NCBI GenBank assembly: GCA_035603475.1
Contig: DATNKH010000499.1
Coordinates: 1-33,267, forward strand
Length of the DNA stretch: 33,267 nt
Reading direction: 5' to 3'
From: Thermoanaerobaculia bacterium
GTDB lineage: Bacteria > Acidobacteriota > Thermoanaerobaculia > Multivoradales > UBA5704
Each line of letters opens with the position of its first letter. The first letter of the stretch is position 1. The notes under the pieces were generated by a model, which was given only the letters and a program-made list of their open reading frames with translations, did no database searches and was not told the DNA's origin. A program made the translations under genes and the position numbers. Below, piece after piece: positions 31,959 through 33,267 of the stretch.

Positions 31959-33267
31959 GTGGATCGCCAGGATCGGCAGGTCGCTCCGGCATCAGTGAAG
32001 GCGGCAGTCCAGGCCGCGCGGACGGAAGCGTCTTGGCCGACGAACCGCGAGGCCGAGGCCGGAGGGGATCAGCCGGCAGGCGCTCGCATCTTCCTGGGCA
32101 CCGCCCTCATGGCCGGTGCCATGGTGGCCGTGGTTGCGGGCCTCCCGGCCGGTCAGCTGCCCGCGCCGCCCATACCGGGAACGCCGCCGGCGGCCACCGC
32201 AGGCGCCTGGGCAGTCGATCCTGGCCACCCTGGCCCCAACCTGCCCCCGATGGGCCGATCGCTGTTCGACCAACTCATTGAGGAATTGTCGACGGGTGGC
32301 AACTGCCTGCCTCGCGAAGATGCGGCGCCGGTCGGTGTGACCTTTTCCTGCCGGGTGCCGTTTCCGTTCGCCGCGCTGGTGCGCAGGCTCGAGGAGTGGC
32401 TCGGGGCGGACCCGCAGAGTGATGCGCCGTTGCGGCGGCTGCTCATCCCTTTCAGCCGGTCGCTGCAGCGCAACGCCGCCAGCCCGGAGTTCTGGAAGTA
32501 CCCACGCGCCGTCCTCGCCGTTGACAGCGAACGCGCTCCGGAACCAGCGCTCGTCGCCAGGCCGCTGCTCAAGGACAGGCTCTTCCTCGCCTATCAGGAG
32601 AAGGCCGGAGTGCTCGAGGTGATCAGCTACAACGAGGAGGCCGGGCGCTTCGAGTTCCAGGTGGTGCGCAACTATAGGGGAGGGGCGGCACCGCAGCTGT
32701 TCTACGCTCAGCGCGCGCTCTGCACTGCCTGCCATCAGAACGCAGCGCCCATCTTCCCGCGGCAGCTCTGGGACGAGACCAACGTCAACCCGCGCATCGC
32801 CCTCGAGCTGCACCGCCAGGGACGTGGCTTTTATGACTTCCCGATTGAGCCAGGGGTCGATGTCGCTCTGGCGTTCCAGGCTGCGGCGGACCGGGCGAAC
32901 CTCCTGGCGGTCTACCAGCTACTCTGGCGCCAGGGCTGCGGCCAGATCGGGAGCGTGCGCGGGAGATCCTGCCGCGCCACCCTCGCAACTGCCGTGCTGC
33001 AACAGGGGCTCACCGGCGGCCAGCGTTTCGACGCCACAACGCCGGCCTTCCGCCGGCGCCTGGCGGAGCCGTTCACCGCCGCCTGGCACGCGCGCTGGCC
33101 CCAGGGGCTCGCGATCCCAGATCCCGATCTCCCGAACCGTGATCCCATGGCCGCACCGCCGCGAGTGCTGCAGCAGGTGAGTATCCCCCGGCGGCTCACC
33201 TCCTCGGATGCCGAGCTGCTGGCCGACGTGGTTCGCCGGTCCGCTGTGCCGGCGCGGCTCGAGCCGC
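31959..33267 (+). CDS. Membrane-anchored hypothetical protein with a CxxCH haem-c-type motif, 5' part (runs off window end)
   Basis: Own translation; not in the ORF track because it has no stop in the window. GTG 31959 has GAGGGAG 8 nt upstream (in-frame ATG 31911 also possible). Open for 436 codons to 33267. TM ARIFLGTALMAGAMVAVVAGL; ...VPFPFAALVRRLEEWLG...LFLAYQEKAGVLEVISYNEEAGRFEFQVVRNY...ALCTACHQNAAPIFPRQLWDETN (CTACH at 32721-32735). Confidence 0.7.
   Translation, partial: MDRQDRQVAPASVKAAVQAARTEASWPTNREAEAGGDQPAGARIFLGTALMAGAMVAVVAGLPAGQLPAPPIPGTPPAATAGAWAVDPGHPGPNLPPMGRSLFDQLIEELSTGGNCLPREDAAPVGVTFSCRVPFPFAALVRRLEEWLGADPQSDAPLRRLLIPFSRSLQRNAASPEFWKYPRAVLAVDSERAPEPALVARPLLKDRLFLAYQEKAGVLEVISYNEEAGRFEFQVVRNYRGGAAPQLFYAQRALCTACHQNAAPIFPRQLWDETNVNPRIALELHRQGRGFYDFPIEPGVDVALAFQAAADRANLLAVYQLLWRQGCGQIGSVRGRSCRATLATAVLQQGLTGGQRFDATTPAFRRRLAEPFTAAWHARWPQGLAIPDPDLPNRDPMAAPPRVLQQVSIPRRLTSSDAELLADVVRRSAVPARLEP

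Noticed and set aside
31992-32813. 273-aa minus-strand ORF
   Set aside because: The opposite strand carries a longer open frame with a TM helix, a CxxCH motif and a balanced composition. The minus-strand translation is Arg/Gly-rich noise.
1-33267. Search by eye for CRISPR arrays, tRNA/rRNA genes, integrases, transposases, reverse transcriptases and phage structural genes
   Set aside because: None found. The only repeats are the short tandem and inverted repeats listed, and none has CRISPR-like repeat-spacer periodicity. A tRNAscan, Infernal or ISfinder run would be needed to exclude small RNAs formally.

Overview
This is a 33.3-kb, very GC-rich bacterial chromosomal segment. I found no rRNA, tRNA, CRISPR array, integrase or transposase. 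The phylum cannot be fixed from the sequence; an Acidobacteriota- or Myxococcota-like soil organism is only a guess. About 30 CDS are credible. Left to right they are: IorAB-type oxidoreductase subunits (minus strand, the large subunit runs off the window), a SnoaL-like protein, a beta-propeller sensor kinase with a NarL-type regulator, a DoxX-like membrane protein, an SDR, a secreted alpha/beta hydrolase, a Phd/zeta toxin-antitoxin pair, an AT-rich islet with two unusual genes, glgP, treZ plus a glycogen-debranching enzyme, a CheR-PAS / hybrid kinase / CheB-like module, rhodanese plus SufE, a membrane protein with a wHTH regulator, uppS, htpG, a gene remnant, a small Cys-rich exported peptide coupled to a secreted 393-aa protein, and a divergent CxxCH protein that runs off the window end and is absent from the ORF track. 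The main candidate for a new system is the AT-rich islet at about 9.2-11.8 kb. It lies between the TA module and glgP. It carries an AlbA_2/Schlafen-like gene that overlaps, or is frameshift-fused to, a 675-aa protein with a winged-helix-like segment, TPR repeats and an OB-like C-terminus, and no NTPase motif. The second candidate is the Cys-rich peptide operon at 30.4-31.8 kb with its divergent CxxCH neighbour. Smaller observations are several in-frame tandem duplications inside conserved enzymes, short intergenic tandem repeats, a 123-nt near-perfect hairpin after sufE, palindromic operators overlapping promoter-like boxes, and -10 boxes very close to start codons. Many long ORFs in the track are antisense or off-frame artefacts of the high GC content. 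All functional calls come from motif recognition by eye, and no database search was run.
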